From IMG/VR virus record IMGVR_UViG_2886837984_000001, positions 1 through 64,000 of that record: 64,000 nt of DNA; one strand, written 5' to 3'. Below the pieces are notes generated by a model, which saw only the letters and a list, made by a program, of their open reading frames with translations, made no database searches and was not told the DNA's origin. The DNA comes from a virus (Duplodnaviria; Heunggongvirae; Uroviricota; Caudoviricetes). Positions 8,100 to 18,137 of the stretch are shown one piece after another. The translations under genes were made by a program, and so were the position numbers. Within the stretch, counting starts at the first letter, position 1; every line of letters starts with the position of its first letter.

Positions 8100-9350
8100 T
8101 TACAACTTGTTCGCAAACATCTTACATGTCTCAGAACGCTCATCTTGCGTGAGCACCACAATCGCACATTGCGGATCGCCTTTAAGTTTGTTCACGGCCT
8201 CGATGATGCCCGAAGATTTCACGAACGCATCGTTCGTTTGAGCGAAGTCGCCCGTAAAGACGATCTTCGAATCCTTGCCGACACGCGTACCACAGTTTCG
8301 AATTTCTTTTAAACTCAAATCCGAACACTCGTCCACCAAGATCAATGTCGAATCCATCGATAAGCCTTTGACAAAGCTGATTTCGTGTTTCGTGAGCTGT
8401 CCGTTCTCCGACATATGTACAGGGTCTTGGATAGGGTCGTCTAAATGTTGTACGAAAGTCTCGTAGAACACGCCCATCTTCTCGTCCATGTCGCCAGGTA
8501 GGAATCCGACGCTCGATACATCTGCTTTACGCATGAGTGCGATCCGACCAAAGTCGCCTTTTCGAATCGTTTTCTCTTGCGCCATCTTCACCGACATCAT
8601 CGTCTTGCCTGAGCCAGCCAATCCTAAGATGAATACCGATGTGATATCCGGGTTGTTCAAAGCATCCAACGCACAAGCTTGTTCGGCGTTACGCGGTTTG
8701 ACGACACGATATTCGGGGAGTTTGATTTCCACGAACGACTCGCCGTTCCAACGTCGCACCATCTCTTTGAATTTCTGTTGTGACGGGTCGTCGATGATAA
8801 CATATTGGTTGATCTCCAACTTCATCTCATCTGCCACCGTCTTGTCGTCCATCCATACTCGGTCGATCAACTCTGCTTCCACGTCATCGTTCGGGTCGAG
8901 TTTTGTATATCCCTTGTATGAATACACATCCGTCGACACTTGCTGAAGCTGTTTTACTTCGACTCCGAATCCATGCGCTTGAATCCCGAGCAACATATCT
9001 TCCGTAATCAATCCGTACTCAGGGTTTTGAAGCAGACACTCTAAGAATTGGTTGTCCACATACTGTTCATCATATTCGCCGTGTTCAAGTAGCTTGTTCA
9101 ATCGATAAGGTTTCGTGTTGTACTCGAGACGGTCTTGATGTAACGTCAACCAATGCTGTGCGACACGCGCACGATAGGCTAGGTCACTCGACCGTGACGA
9201 CTTGTGTTTCTCGATCTCTCGTAAAAGCATGGTCGTCACGACGACCTCATTCGGATTCAAGGCGCTGATGTTATTCAGCACCACATTCGTATCGACTACA
9301 AACTTCTTCATCTTCGTTTCGGTCGTCATCATGTTATCCCCGATCATCAT
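8100..9350 (-). CDS. phoH: PhoH-like ATPase with an N-terminal PIN domain, the PhoH2 or YlaK type.
   Basis: PIN motif KKFVVDTNVVL. PhoH Walker A GLAGSGKT and LILVDECS. Confidence 0.8.
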   Translation of the reverse strand: MMIGDNMMTTETKMKKFVVDTNVVLNNISALNPNEVVVTTMLLREIEKHKSSRSSDLAYRARVAQHWLTLHQDRLEYNTKPYRLNKLLEHGEYDEQYVDNQFLECLLQNPEYGLITEDMLLGIQAHGFGVEVKQLQQVSTDVYSYKGYTKLDPNDDVEAELIDRVWMDDKTVADEMKLEINQYVIIDDPSQQKFKEMVRRWNGESFVEIKLPEYRVVKPRNAEQACALDALNNPDITSVFILGLAGSGKTMMSVKMAQEKTIRKGDFGRIALMRKADVSSVGFLPGDMDEKMGVFYETFVQHLDDPIQDPVHMSENGQLTKHEISFVKGLSMDSTLILVDECSDLSLKEIRNCGTRVGKDSKIVFTGDFAQTNDAFVKSSGIIEAVNKLKGDPQCAIVVLTQDERSETCKMFANKL

Positions 9351-9363
9351 CGAATTTTCGTCG

Positions 9364-9654
9364 TCAGTTAAACTTGTCTTTCACCTTGTTTGAAGGTCTA
9401 AATGTAACCGTCTGTTTGTCTTGCGTCACCACGGGTTCTCTTGTCTTCGGGTTTCGTCGGATCGTGCCTTTTCGTGTCTTCACTTCGAACGTGCCGACCT
9501 CGGCAATCGTAATCTTCTCTGCTGTCTTCAGTTCTCTGAAGAGCGAGCGGAACACCGTGTTGATAATATCTGTCGTCGTCGGAATATCTGCGCCGATGTC
9601 TTTCGCCAAAATCTTGGCGAACTCGGAGCGGTTCATCGCTTTCTTTTTGCTCAT
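9364..9654 (-). CDS. HU/IHF-family histone-like DNA-binding protein, phage TF1-like.
   Basis: MNRSEFAKILAKDIG...GTFEVKTRKGTIRRNPKTREPV..FRPSNKVKD matches the HU fold signature. The likely start is the ATG at 9654, which has AGGATGG upstream. The ORF track begins 7 codons earlier. Confidence 0.75.
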   Translation of the reverse strand: MSKKKAMNRSEFAKILAKDIGADIPTTTDIINTVFRSLFRELKTAEKITIAEVGTFEVKTRKGTIRRNPKTREPVVTQDKQTVTFRPSNKVKDKFN

Positions 9655-9822
9655 CGTAATCATCCATCCTGTCATCGTTTAATAGAAGAAGAGAGACGTG
9701 CGTCCACATCTCTCTTCGGTTTTTATGTATGCGGTAAAATAATCATTTTACTTTTTTATTTAATACCCTTCATAACTAAGGGGGAGTTAGACAAGAAATA
9801 TTTCACATTTCCACCTAATCCC

Positions 9823-11274
9823 TTATGAATTCGAGCATTTCTTACAAATTGTTCGGAATCCGTCTTTTGAAGATGTGTTTTTCTGGAAATAACGGTCGTT
9901 AGAGATCAGCTTTGTCTCTCCGCACTTCGTACACGTCTTGTATTTTCCTTTGAGTTTGTGCGTGTACACATGCTCGTCGACCTCTTCAAGATACGTCTGA
10001 TGGACTTTCTTCGGAATCGAAGAGTTGACCATGCGGTTGATTACCACGGTCGACAACCCAAGCTTCTCGGCCACGGACGATTGTGTCTGCGCGTCGATCA
10101 GGAGCGAGCACACGTCACGCTCTTCCGTCGTGAGTGGTGCTTTGTCCAGGAGTCGCTTGAATTCCCATAAGAGCCAGTACCAATCAGACGTATAGTTCCC
10201 GTCGTACTTGTCCCATAGCTCGGCATACATCGTGAGGAGCGGTCGGTACGTCTTCAAGTCGCCAAGCGATATGGCGTTCGTAGACACCTCGACGATCTCA
10301 CCGTCTTCCTTCTCGTAATATGTATTCGAGTTGATGTCGTACACCGGTTTACCGGCGTCAGGGGAGAGTGTGACCGTCTTGACGAGTTGACGCTTCATGA
10401 TCTCGTACTCACCTTTGACGCTCGAGTACGTCTTCCGAAGAAGGTTGTACTGTCGCTCGGGCGTGAAGTGTTTCGGCAACTCCTTGCCCTCAGACTCCTT
10501 CTCGATCGCCTTGATCGTGTTCTGTCTGATGATGTCCTGCATATCCTTCGTCTCGTTCACGCCGAGATAGTAGCGCATGTAGTCGATGTCGCGCTTGAAG
10601 TCCTCGAACACCTCTTGCTGCGTCGTCACCTCGCCGTGGTAGAAAGGGATCTCGTTGCCTTTCTTGTATGTATCCCAATAGGCTTCATCAAGATACTCAT
10701 CCGCCAACTTGAAGGACGAACGCTTACGCTTCATATCCAACTTCTGTTCGCTCGTGAGCTGCGTCTTGCCTGTCGCCTCTAGGACGGAGAAGTCGTTCGT
10801 GAGGACTTCGTGAGCGGTATCCGTGACACGCTTCATATAGTCGTACTCACGGGGGCGCTTCTGGAACACATGGTCTGTGCTCTCTGACAGTGATTCTAAG
10901 AATGCACGTTCCTGCTCTTCGCTATCGAACTTCGTGAACAGGATGTAGTCCGCAAGCGTCGCGAGTGTCTTGTCTAGCGTCTGGTCTTCCGAAAGGAATG
11001 ATGACGCCTTCTTGTGCTCCTTGATGATCGTGCGTTCGGCCGACATGATGTCCTCGAGGAAGTCTACCTCTCCCAATAAAGAGGAGACGAGCTCGTTTCG
11101 CTCTTCCCCGTACTTCGAGAGGTAGTTTAGCTTCGAGTGGACGAGTTCGCGCAACGCCTGGATGTCGCCTCGTTCTTCGAACGGGCTGTCACCGAAACGC
11201 ATTCCCTCGAAACGCTTCGGCAGTTCCATCCCGTCGATGATGATCGTTTCTACTTCTTCACGCACGACCAGCAC
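9823..11274 (-). CDS. Putative transcription regulator. It has a sigma-70 region-4-like HTH near the C-terminus and a C-terminal Cys4 zinc ribbon.
   Basis: LTTEERDVCSLLIDAQTQSSVAEKLGLSTVVINRMV is sigma region-4-like. The zinc ribbon is CTKCGETK...CKKCSNS. Confidence 0.6.
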   Translation of the reverse strand: MLVVREEVETIIIDGMELPKRFEGMRFGDSPFEERGDIQALRELVHSKLNYLSKYGEERNELVSSLLGEVDFLEDIMSAERTIIKEHKKASSFLSEDQTLDKTLATLADYILFTKFDSEEQERAFLESLSESTDHVFQKRPREYDYMKRVTDTAHEVLTNDFSVLEATGKTQLTSEQKLDMKRKRSSFKLADEYLDEAYWDTYKKGNEIPFYHGEVTTQQEVFEDFKRDIDYMRYYLGVNETKDMQDIIRQNTIKAIEKESEGKELPKHFTPERQYNLLRKTYSSVKGEYEIMKRQLVKTVTLSPDAGKPVYDINSNTYYEKEDGEIVEVSTNAISLGDLKTYRPLLTMYAELWDKYDGNYTSDWYWLLWEFKRLLDKAPLTTEERDVCSLLIDAQTQSSVAEKLGLSTVVINRMVNSSIPKKVHQTYLEEVDEHVYTHKLKGKYKTCTKCGETKLISNDRYFQKNTSSKDGFRTICKKCSNS

Positions 11275-11461
11275 CTCCGTATTGCTTCGACCATTCCACG
11301 AGGGCAGAAGACAACTCTTCTGTCACCTCGAAGATCGAAGCAGGGCGTCCGTCGAATTTCGGGTCTTCATCGTATGTACGGATCTTGGCGAGAAGCGGGT
11401 AGACCTTTTGTGAACGTAGGAACTGATATTGTTTGAGTGATTTGCAGACATAAAGTTTCAT
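11258..11461 (-). CDS. Hypothetical small protein.
   Basis: It is a 67-aa ORF that overlaps both its neighbours. Confidence 0.3.
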   Translation of the reverse strand: MKLYVCKSLKQYQFLRSQKVYPLLAKIRTYDEDPKFDGRPASIFEVTEELSSALVEWSKQYGGAGRA

Positions 11462-13836
11462 TTTGAATTATCTCCCTTAATACTTTTTGATTTCGTTAAT
11501 TTTTCTGAAATAAGTTCACCGAGCATCGTCTTCCGTTTGATGCTGCCGTCCCGTTTGACGCTACCGTTGATAGTGTAACCCGTACCGATGATGACGAGTC
11601 GTTCTCGTGCTCGCGTGATCGCCGTGTAGACGAGTTGGCGGTTTAACATATATGTATTCGACTTGTCGGCCACGAAGATGACCGCCTTGTTCGACGACCC
11701 TTGCATCTTATGGACAGTCATCGCGTACCCGAGAGAAGAGTTCTTGAAGAGCTTTCTTTCCCACGCATACGTAACGCCGTTGACGTCGATATAGAGCGTC
11801 TTCGAGTCAAGGTGGATACCGACGACCTTGCCGATCTCGCCATTAAAAAGTTTTGCTTTGTCTGCCGACTTTTCAAGTTTAGCCAGAGGCGGCATCGTCT
11901 TCTTCTTAATGATCTCTTGTGCTGTCAGTTCGCTGTCCGGTTGCTTTACAAACAAGATCTGCTGGAACGAGTGATACAGAAGGACATTGGGCGTGTTGTC
12001 TGTGATGAGTATCGGGTCTCCGATGCGATATGTATATCCGGCGAACTCGATCTCAGGTGAAATCGGATTGTGAGGGTTGAACTCGTTCTGAATCTCTTTG
12101 TTTAGTTCTTGGACGCCGATATCTCCTTTGTTCGTAGGGGAGATGACCGTGATGTCCGATAGGTCGATCTTTTCTGTCAGCTTCTTCATATAGACGATGA
12201 CGGCCTTCTTGATCTTTTCTTTCGACGTCTGATGGAAGATGGTGTCCGAGCCTAGCCGCGAAGCACCGTTGTTTTCAGACACGAGCTTCTGCTTCTGACG
12301 TGCTCTCGTGGCGAGATCTAAGATACCGCCTTCCGCTTGACGGAAGACCTTGGTGAGCTCGATCGTCTTGACACCGTTTTGCGTGAGGTCAAGGAGAACC
12401 TTTCCTGCTCCGACCGATGGTAGCTGCTCGGGGTCTCCGATAAAGACGAACCGTTTTGCGATCCCTTTGTTCTTCGCGATGTGATACATGATCTCTGTGT
12501 CGGTCATCGAAAACTCGTCTGCGACGAACACTTCTTCGTTGATCGCATAAGGTTCTTTATCGTCTTCCTCTGCCGTAAAATCCTCTTCTATGAAGGCGTC
12601 CGAATATTCGGCGTCCTTCTCGTCTTTGTCGACACCGATACCGAGCTTGCTGTGAAGCGTTCCTGCCTTGACCCCGGTATACTCTTGCAGGAGTTTCGCT
12701 GCACGTCCGGTAGGGGCTGTGAGCGTTACCGCCCATCCAGCGCTGTCGACCATCTGCACGAGCGCCTTCTGAAGCATCGATTTACCTGTTCCTGCGTATC
12801 CGAGCAGGCAGACGATGGTATGATCTTTTACCGCATAGAAGAACTTCTTCTGCTGTTCGGTGAACGTCACCTCGTTCTTTTTCTCGAACTGGACGATAAA
12901 CGCATCCACCTGCTCGTCGTTCAAAGGAAACTCGTCGACATCTCGGTTGACGTAGTCTGCGATAAACTCTGAGGTGAACGTCTCGCGGAAGTAGGTGTTT
13001 TGGAACGCCACCGTCTTACGCTCCTCGTCGATATGGATGTCGTTTCCGAGGTTGACTTCGTTGATCCGTGAGACGGGGATCGAGAGGAGGTCGAACATCT
13101 CGTCGATAAACGCCTTCTTACTCATATATGTAGAACCTGATTGTTCATTTTCTTTCGTTATGTATCGTGCGGCCGAAGTGATCCGATAGACGCTTTCTTC
13201 CGGCACACCCATCTTGAGGGCGATCGGGTCGACCGTCTTGAAGCCGAGTCCACGGAAGTTCGTGAGCACATATGGGTTGTCTGCGATGATCTCTAGCGCT
13301 CTATCTACGCTACCGTAACGTTTGAGGAGTTGTTCTCCCATCTGCGCGTTGACACCGAAGTTGGTGAGTTTGGCCGAGATGATCGCTCCGCCTTTTCGGT
13401 TCTTGACCTTGTTGACCAACGTATTGTAGTTCTTTCTGCCAAACCCTTTGACTTCCTCCCATCGGAGAGAGTCTGTCTCGACCTCTTTAAAGATATCGAA
13501 CGGCTTCTTGTAGACCTCCATAAACTCTTTGACCTGATTCTCGGTCAAGAAGAGACTCATGAGCGCCAGTTTTTCCTGCGGTGTCTGCGGACTTCGCTCC
13601 ACGAAGCTGATGGGCTCATATTGCTTGCCATACGTAGGGTGCGACGTCTCTTTGACATAGCATTCGACGACCATGCCCACTGAGAATTCCGGCATGTAAC
13701 CCTTTAGTGTCGCCCGGGTTCTCGTATCGACTTCCTTGGTTTGGTAGATATAGAAGCGTTTGTCGTCCGATACATAGCTGATCTTGGTGATTTCAAGTTG
13801 TTTTGTTTCTTGTTTCAATGAAAAATCTCCTCTCAA
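11458..13836 (-). CDS. RecD-like SF1B DNA helicase, RecD2 or Dda-type.
   Basis: Walker A LLGYAGTGKS. VFIGDPEQLPSVGAG and YAMTVHKMQGSS resemble helicase motifs. It has a long N-terminal extension. Confidence 0.8.
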   Translation of the reverse strand: MRGDFSLKQETKQLEITKISYVSDDKRFYIYQTKEVDTRTRATLKGYMPEFSVGMVVECYVKETSHPTYGKQYEPISFVERSPQTPQEKLALMSLFLTENQVKEFMEVYKKPFDIFKEVETDSLRWEEVKGFGRKNYNTLVNKVKNRKGGAIISAKLTNFGVNAQMGEQLLKRYGSVDRALEIIADNPYVLTNFRGLGFKTVDPIALKMGVPEESVYRITSAARYITKENEQSGSTYMSKKAFIDEMFDLLSIPVSRINEVNLGNDIHIDEERKTVAFQNTYFRETFTSEFIADYVNRDVDEFPLNDEQVDAFIVQFEKKNEVTFTEQQKKFFYAVKDHTIVCLLGYAGTGKSMLQKALVQMVDSAGWAVTLTAPTGRAAKLLQEYTGVKAGTLHSKLGIGVDKDEKDAEYSDAFIEEDFTAEEDDKEPYAINEEVFVADEFSMTDTEIMYHIAKNKGIAKRFVFIGDPEQLPSVGAGKVLLDLTQNGVKTIELTKVFRQAEGGILDLATRARQKQKLVSENNGASRLGSDTIFHQTSKEKIKKAVIVYMKKLTEKIDLSDITVISPTNKGDIGVQELNKEIQNEFNPHNPISPEIEFAGYTYRIGDPILITDNTPNVLLYHSFQQILFVKQPDSELTAQEIIKKKTMPPLAKLEKSADKAKLFNGEIGKVVGIHLDSKTLYIDVNGVTYAWERKLFKNSSLGYAMTVHKMQGSSNKAVIFVADKSNTYMLNRQLVYTAITRARERLVIIGTGYTINGSVKRDGSIKRKTMLGELISEKLTKSKSIKGDNSK

Positions 13837-13896
13837 TTTCGTTCTTTATTTCTATATAAAATATACCATATCTAAATCAAAAAGTAAAGCGTCTTA

Positions 13897-13931
13897 GGGG
13901 TTGACACGAAATCAAAAAATATGGATAATAA
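13897..13931 (+). promoter_or_regulatory. Sigma-A-like promoter: TTGACA, a 17-nt spacer, then GATAAT. It lies upstream of the recombinase gene.
   Basis: GGTTGACACGAAATCAAAAAATATGGATAATAA. The spacer carries the recurring AAATCAAAAA box. Confidence 0.45.
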
Positions 13932-13968
13932 AGTTATCAACAACTAAGCATAAGGGAGCGGATCGACA

Positions 13969-14988
13969 ATGGAAGCCATCAAAACAGTAGCGTTGAACAC
14001 GACAAACATTCAGAGCAATATCCGATTGTTCTTAGATAAGAAGGGGCTCAACTCCGATCAGACACGACGGGCATATGAGCGAGATATCGAGGAGTTCTTC
14101 ATCTTCTCGAAGAACAAGGCTGTCTCCGGTCTATTGGAGTCAGACGTATCGTTCTCGCCGCAAGACGTCGACAAATATCTCGTCCATCTGTCGGAGAAAG
14201 GGACTGCCTCGTCCACGATCAATCGTAAAGTCGTCTCTGTACGCTCTCTGATGCGCTACCTTGACCGCTTGGACGGATATGACATCAACTTATCGGCGTT
14301 CGATACCGGCTCTGTGAAGGGCGCTCAGAACTCGTATGGGGTGCTCACGTATGAAGAGACGGAGATGATGGCGAGCCGTGTCCTGTCTCACCGTAACGGT
14401 CAGATGAAGGCCGCCCTCATTCGTTTGGCCGTGGTGACGAGTTTCCGCTTGGATTCGCTCTTGCGATTGACGAAGACGGACTTTATGAATCAGCGAGGCG
14501 TGTGGACGGTGACAACGGTGGGGAAGGGCGGAGAACGTGATACGAAGGCTATCCGTGACGAGTTGTACGAAGAGATCCGCATGATCATGATGTTTAAAGA
14601 GGACGATGAGCCGATCTTCAAATTGTCTCCTGGGACTGCGTTGAACATGGTTAAGGGTCTGTCTGAGGAGATGGGGGTTCCGAAAGAGCGCAATATCACG
14701 TTCCACTCGCTGAAGAAGGCCGGTGTGACAGAGGTGTGGGTGCAGACGGGGTACGACGCTATGAAGACGAAGAAACAGGGGGCGCACAAGAACTTCTCTA
14801 CGACAGAGCGGTACATCGAGAACAACGAAGACTTCTCGCAGTCACAGAGCCTCTTGATCGGAAAAGAGATTGACTTGTCTATGTTGGACGGGCTGTCTAA
14901 AGACGAACTGCTCGAGTTCATCAACGGCATGAACCGCAGCGTGAAGATGCAGATCAAAAATGAGATCAAGAAAAAAGGGATGGCGTAA
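13969..14988 (+). CDS. Tyrosine recombinase or integrase, XerD/phage-integrase family.
   Basis: N-terminal core-binding region TRRAYERDIEEF. Candidate catalytic R in VVTSFRLDSL. HSLKKAGVT. The C-terminal motif is GAHKNFSTTERY. Confidence 0.75.
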   Translation: MEAIKTVALNTTNIQSNIRLFLDKKGLNSDQTRRAYERDIEEFFIFSKNKAVSGLLESDVSFSPQDVDKYLVHLSEKGTASSTINRKVVSVRSLMRYLDRLDGYDINLSAFDTGSVKGAQNSYGVLTYEETEMMASRVLSHRNGQMKAALIRLAVVTSFRLDSLLRLTKTDFMNQRGVWTVTTVGKGGERDTKAIRDELYEEIRMIMMFKEDDEPIFKLSPGTALNMVKGLSEEMGVPKERNITFHSLKKAGVTEVWVQTGYDAMKTKKQGAHKNFSTTERYIENNEDFSQSQSLLIGKEIDLSMLDGLSKDELLEFINGMNRSVKMQIKNEIKKKGMA

Positions 14989-15004
14989 GCCGTCCCTTTT
15001 AGTA

Positions 15005-16369
15005 TTATACAGAGAAGTCGTACAGCTTGCCGAGCGCTGACTTCTTCTCGATTTTTCGTTTCATTCTCAAGTGAAGAGGCTTAGGATTCGAAAGGTAGAA
15101 TTTGTCTACGTTACCGATCACCTCGGAGTGTTTGCCGCTGATGACGTCTCGAAAGTACGCACCTTGCTTAAGGGAAGATGAATAAATTTCAGCAGCACTA
15201 GACCACTCCCCTCCCATCTCATTCACCTCTTCAAGCTTTGCGTCTTCTATTTTGAGAAAGTTGTTGAATTTGTCCGAAATCTTTTCAGATCGATTTTCGA
15301 TTGCAATCTTTTTGTTCTTCTGAAACGATTCAAGAATTTCTAGATACTCACCATCGCGCTTTTTGCCTGAGTAGTTTTCAATAAGCAGTTCGGCCGATTG
15401 TTTTGGGTCGCAAAACGGAAGAATTTTTTTCTTGATATATTTGATCACCGTCGGAGGCGTCGCCTTCATGTAGAAGCTTTGCTTTTTGTAGACGTATACG
15501 ACTTGACGAGGACATCCGTCTGGATCAGGGTCTAGTACCGTCTTCATAGCCTCTTCGATATCTTCTTTACATTTATCAATTTTTTCTGCCTTATGCTTGT
15601 TGTTGTATTTGATGTCGCTATATGTAAGGTCGTTATCTACAATCAATTTTCTTCTTGTTGACAGAACTTTCCCCATTTCTTCTGCGGTAATCGCCTGATG
15701 GATAGATCCGGTAGGTTCGTACTCGACGAACAATTCTCCGTTCTCATCAATGTACTGGACTTTTTCGTGCTTGATCACAAGCGCCCAATACTCATCTAAA
15801 CTGCCAATGATTTTTGATTTCAGTAGTCGGTTGAAAGACGACTCCATGTTTCTACGGACTGTGTCGTGGAAATCGATGTAATCACTAAACACCTTGTTTT
15901 GTCCTGCCTCGATCACGTTCTCGTCGATCAGATCGTCAATCTGCATCTTCTTATGAGATTCATCGAAACGGCTCAGATAGGCGTCGTGCATACTTCTCGT
16001 CGCAATACCCATCTCGACCATCCATGACGCTACGGTTCTAGGTCTAAACGCGCTTGGCGACTCAGTACCTTCAAGATACCCGATGATAGCCATATCTAAG
16101 TCGTAGCTATAAGGTACGCGCATATTACTCCCGTTAAGCATTCGGTCATCCTGTCTGTCGGAAACCTCGCTCTTTTTACCTGACAGTCGGTAACAAATAG
16201 ATCTTCCTTCTTTGACTCGTTCTACATTAGAGTAATGTTGTTCGAGCGTTTTGAATAAAGACTCCTCTACTCGTTTCGATGTAAATCGTCGATATTTATT
16301 GAAGTGATCTTTCTGAGGTTTAGTACCATACTCTTCTACGGCCTCTCTCTTAGATAGAACTTTAACCAT
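15005..16369 (-). CDS. Hypothetical protein, 454 aa.
   Basis: It is a long K-rich ORF with an RBS. It converges on the recombinase gene, and its start abuts the AT-rich palindromic region. Confidence 0.7.
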   Translation of the reverse strand: MVKVLSKREAVEEYGTKPQKDHFNKYRRFTSKRVEESLFKTLEQHYSNVERVKEGRSICYRLSGKKSEVSDRQDDRMLNGSNMRVPYSYDLDMAIIGYLEGTESPSAFRPRTVASWMVEMGIATRSMHDAYLSRFDESHKKMQIDDLIDENVIEAGQNKVFSDYIDFHDTVRRNMESSFNRLLKSKIIGSLDEYWALVIKHEKVQYIDENGELFVEYEPTGSIHQAITAEEMGKVLSTRRKLIVDNDLTYSDIKYNNKHKAEKIDKCKEDIEEAMKTVLDPDPDGCPRQVVYVYKKQSFYMKATPPTVIKYIKKKILPFCDPKQSAELLIENYSGKKRDGEYLEILESFQKNKKIAIENRSEKISDKFNNFLKIEDAKLEEVNEMGGEWSSAAEIYSSSLKQGAYFRDVISGKHSEVIGNVDKFYLSNPKPLHLRMKRKIEKKSALGKLYDFSV

Positions 16370-16436
16370 ACCCTCTCCACCTTTACTTAAATGTTAAATT
16401 AATGATAACATAAATACTTTTTTATTTCAATCTTCT

Positions 16437-16710
16437 ATGTAAAGCAATTCTTTGTATATGTATTTATAATAGGCATATCTTCTATATACAAGGATTTGCT
16501 TTACATTTAAAAACGCTCTATTCTTTTCCACTCAGCGTTCTGTTTCACAGAAGCGCTTCGTGTACTCAATTCGCTACGCTCATTTCGTTATATTTTTATT
16601 TTTATAGTCAATTATCTATATACCATATAGGTTTTTATGTAAAGCAAATCTTTGTATATATAAAACAATTATATATATATCTTTCTATACAAGGATTTGC
16701 TTTACATAGA
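16437..16710. repeat. Two direct copies of a 70-bp palindromic element. The arms are ATGTAAAGCAA(T/A)TCTTTGTATAT and TATACAAGGATTTGCTTTACAT, around an AT-rich 24-nt spacer.
   Basis: Copy 1 is about 16439 to 16508 and copy 2 is about 16633 to 16707. A further inverted repeat, TTATTATCTAT...ATAGATAATAA, lies at 16893 to 16930. The region is AT-rich and sits at a strand switch. Confidence 0.5.
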
Positions 16711-16961
16711 ACTTAATTAATCAATACTCAAATAATCATAACCAGCGAAACGAACGTAGTGAGTGTAGCACCCGAACTCTTTTTCGTCAGAAAAAGATGA
16801 GGGGTACTCTCTTTATAATAAGAATCCGATAATATGAAGATTAATGATCGACTTGATTGATTGAAATCAAAAAGTATTATATAATATAGAGGTAGAGGAT
16901 TATTATCTATTATAGTAATCGATAGATAATAATCAATCATAATCGATAGGAGTGAAGGGTA

Positions 16962-17495
16962 TTGAGAGTAGCGTTGATCGGTAAGATGAGAAGCGGGAAG
17001 TCTACCATCGCAGATCTGTTAGAGGAGTATTTGGGATATCAGAAGTTGTCATTCGGAACTCGTCTGAAGCAGTTCGCTCATGAGGTATTCGATGTGGATA
17101 GCGATGTGAAGCCACGAAAGCTGTATCAGGATTTCGGTCAGAAGGCTCGAGAGATCGATCCAGACGTTTGGGTGAAATGGGTCGAGCGAGATATGGGAGA
17201 CAATCAGTTGGTTGTCATCGATGATCTTAGGCAGCCGAATGAGTATGAGTGGGCGAAACGAAACGGGTTCATCTTGTTTCATGTGAGATGTTCCGACGAG
17301 GTTCGGTTGATGAGAATGAAGAGCAAGGGTGAGGATGTCGATCCGAAGCTTTTGAATCACGAAACAGAACGACATATTGATGAATATACATATGATTACA
17401 TATTAGACGGCGAGGTATCACCGCTAGAAAGCTACCAGGCGATCAAGTGGCTAGAAGCATACGGCGATAGTTTGAGCGGTTTGAATTCTAAATAA
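16962..17495 (+). CDS. P-loop nucleotide or nucleoside-monophosphate kinase-like protein.
   Basis: TTG start with AGGAGTGAAGGGT upstream. Walker A GKMRSGKST. LVVIDDLRQPNE resembles Walker B. Confidence 0.6.
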   Translation: MRVALIGKMRSGKSTIADLLEEYLGYQKLSFGTRLKQFAHEVFDVDSDVKPRKLYQDFGQKAREIDPDVWVKWVERDMGDNQLVVIDDLRQPNEYEWAKRNGFILFHVRCSDEVRLMRMKSKGEDVDPKLLNHETERHIDEYTYDYILDGEVSPLESYQAIKWLEAYGDSLSGLNSK

Positions 17496-17516
17496 AAAAG
17501 TAAAGGATGATTAAAG

Positions 17517-17792
17517 ATGGCTTATCCAAAAGACGAACAAGAAACGGTGATCGTATATGAGGCAGAGACGGGGTTGTGGAGTTTCTACTCGACTCACCCG
17601 CCTCATATTCGTAAGTATAAGGAACTTTTGGTCGACGCGACGATGACTGAGGATCAATACGGTATCAACTCGATCCGAGGGAGAATCGAAGATGCGAATG
17701 TACGAATCTCTAAGAAGCGTGTCATGTCAGAGGAGCAACGTGCAGCCTTAGCAGAACGTATGCGTAAGATGCGAGAAGCGCAGAACACGTAA
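17517..17792 (+). CDS. Hypothetical protein.
   Basis: 91-aa ORF with an AAAGGATG RBS. Confidence 0.55.
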   Translation: MAYPKDEQETVIVYEAETGLWSFYSTHPPHIRKYKELLVDATMTEDQYGINSIRGRIEDANVRISKKRVMSEEQRAALAERMRKMREAQNT

Positions 17793-18137
17793 GAATCGAT
17801 TCTGAGAGCCACAGCGTAGAGAGTTATCAGGAGAAAACGATGTCACTAGTTTTGGATATACCTAGGTATTCGGAAAACGTTGGCTCTCAGAAACGCTTTG
17901 GATTGACAGGAAAAAACGACTATGTTGAAAATCGTTCAGCTTAGTGGGTCTTAGAGGGTTTTGACGCCGAGACCCCATCAATACTCGTGGCGTATATCCA
18001 TAAATCGATTCTAAGCGTCAGAGCGCCTGTACGTGTGTACGTTAAACGACCTCATGGGGTTGAGTAAGGGTTAGGTATTAGTCTGGATCAGGTGTTCTTA
18101 AAACGCTGTACGAAAACACAAGAAAAGGGTGAGAAAG

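Noticed and set aside
7803-8312. ORFs 7803 to 8039 (-) and 7980 to 8312 (+) downstream of and overlapping phoH2
   Set aside because: They have no RBS and overlap each other and the end of phoH2. Their composition is atypical.
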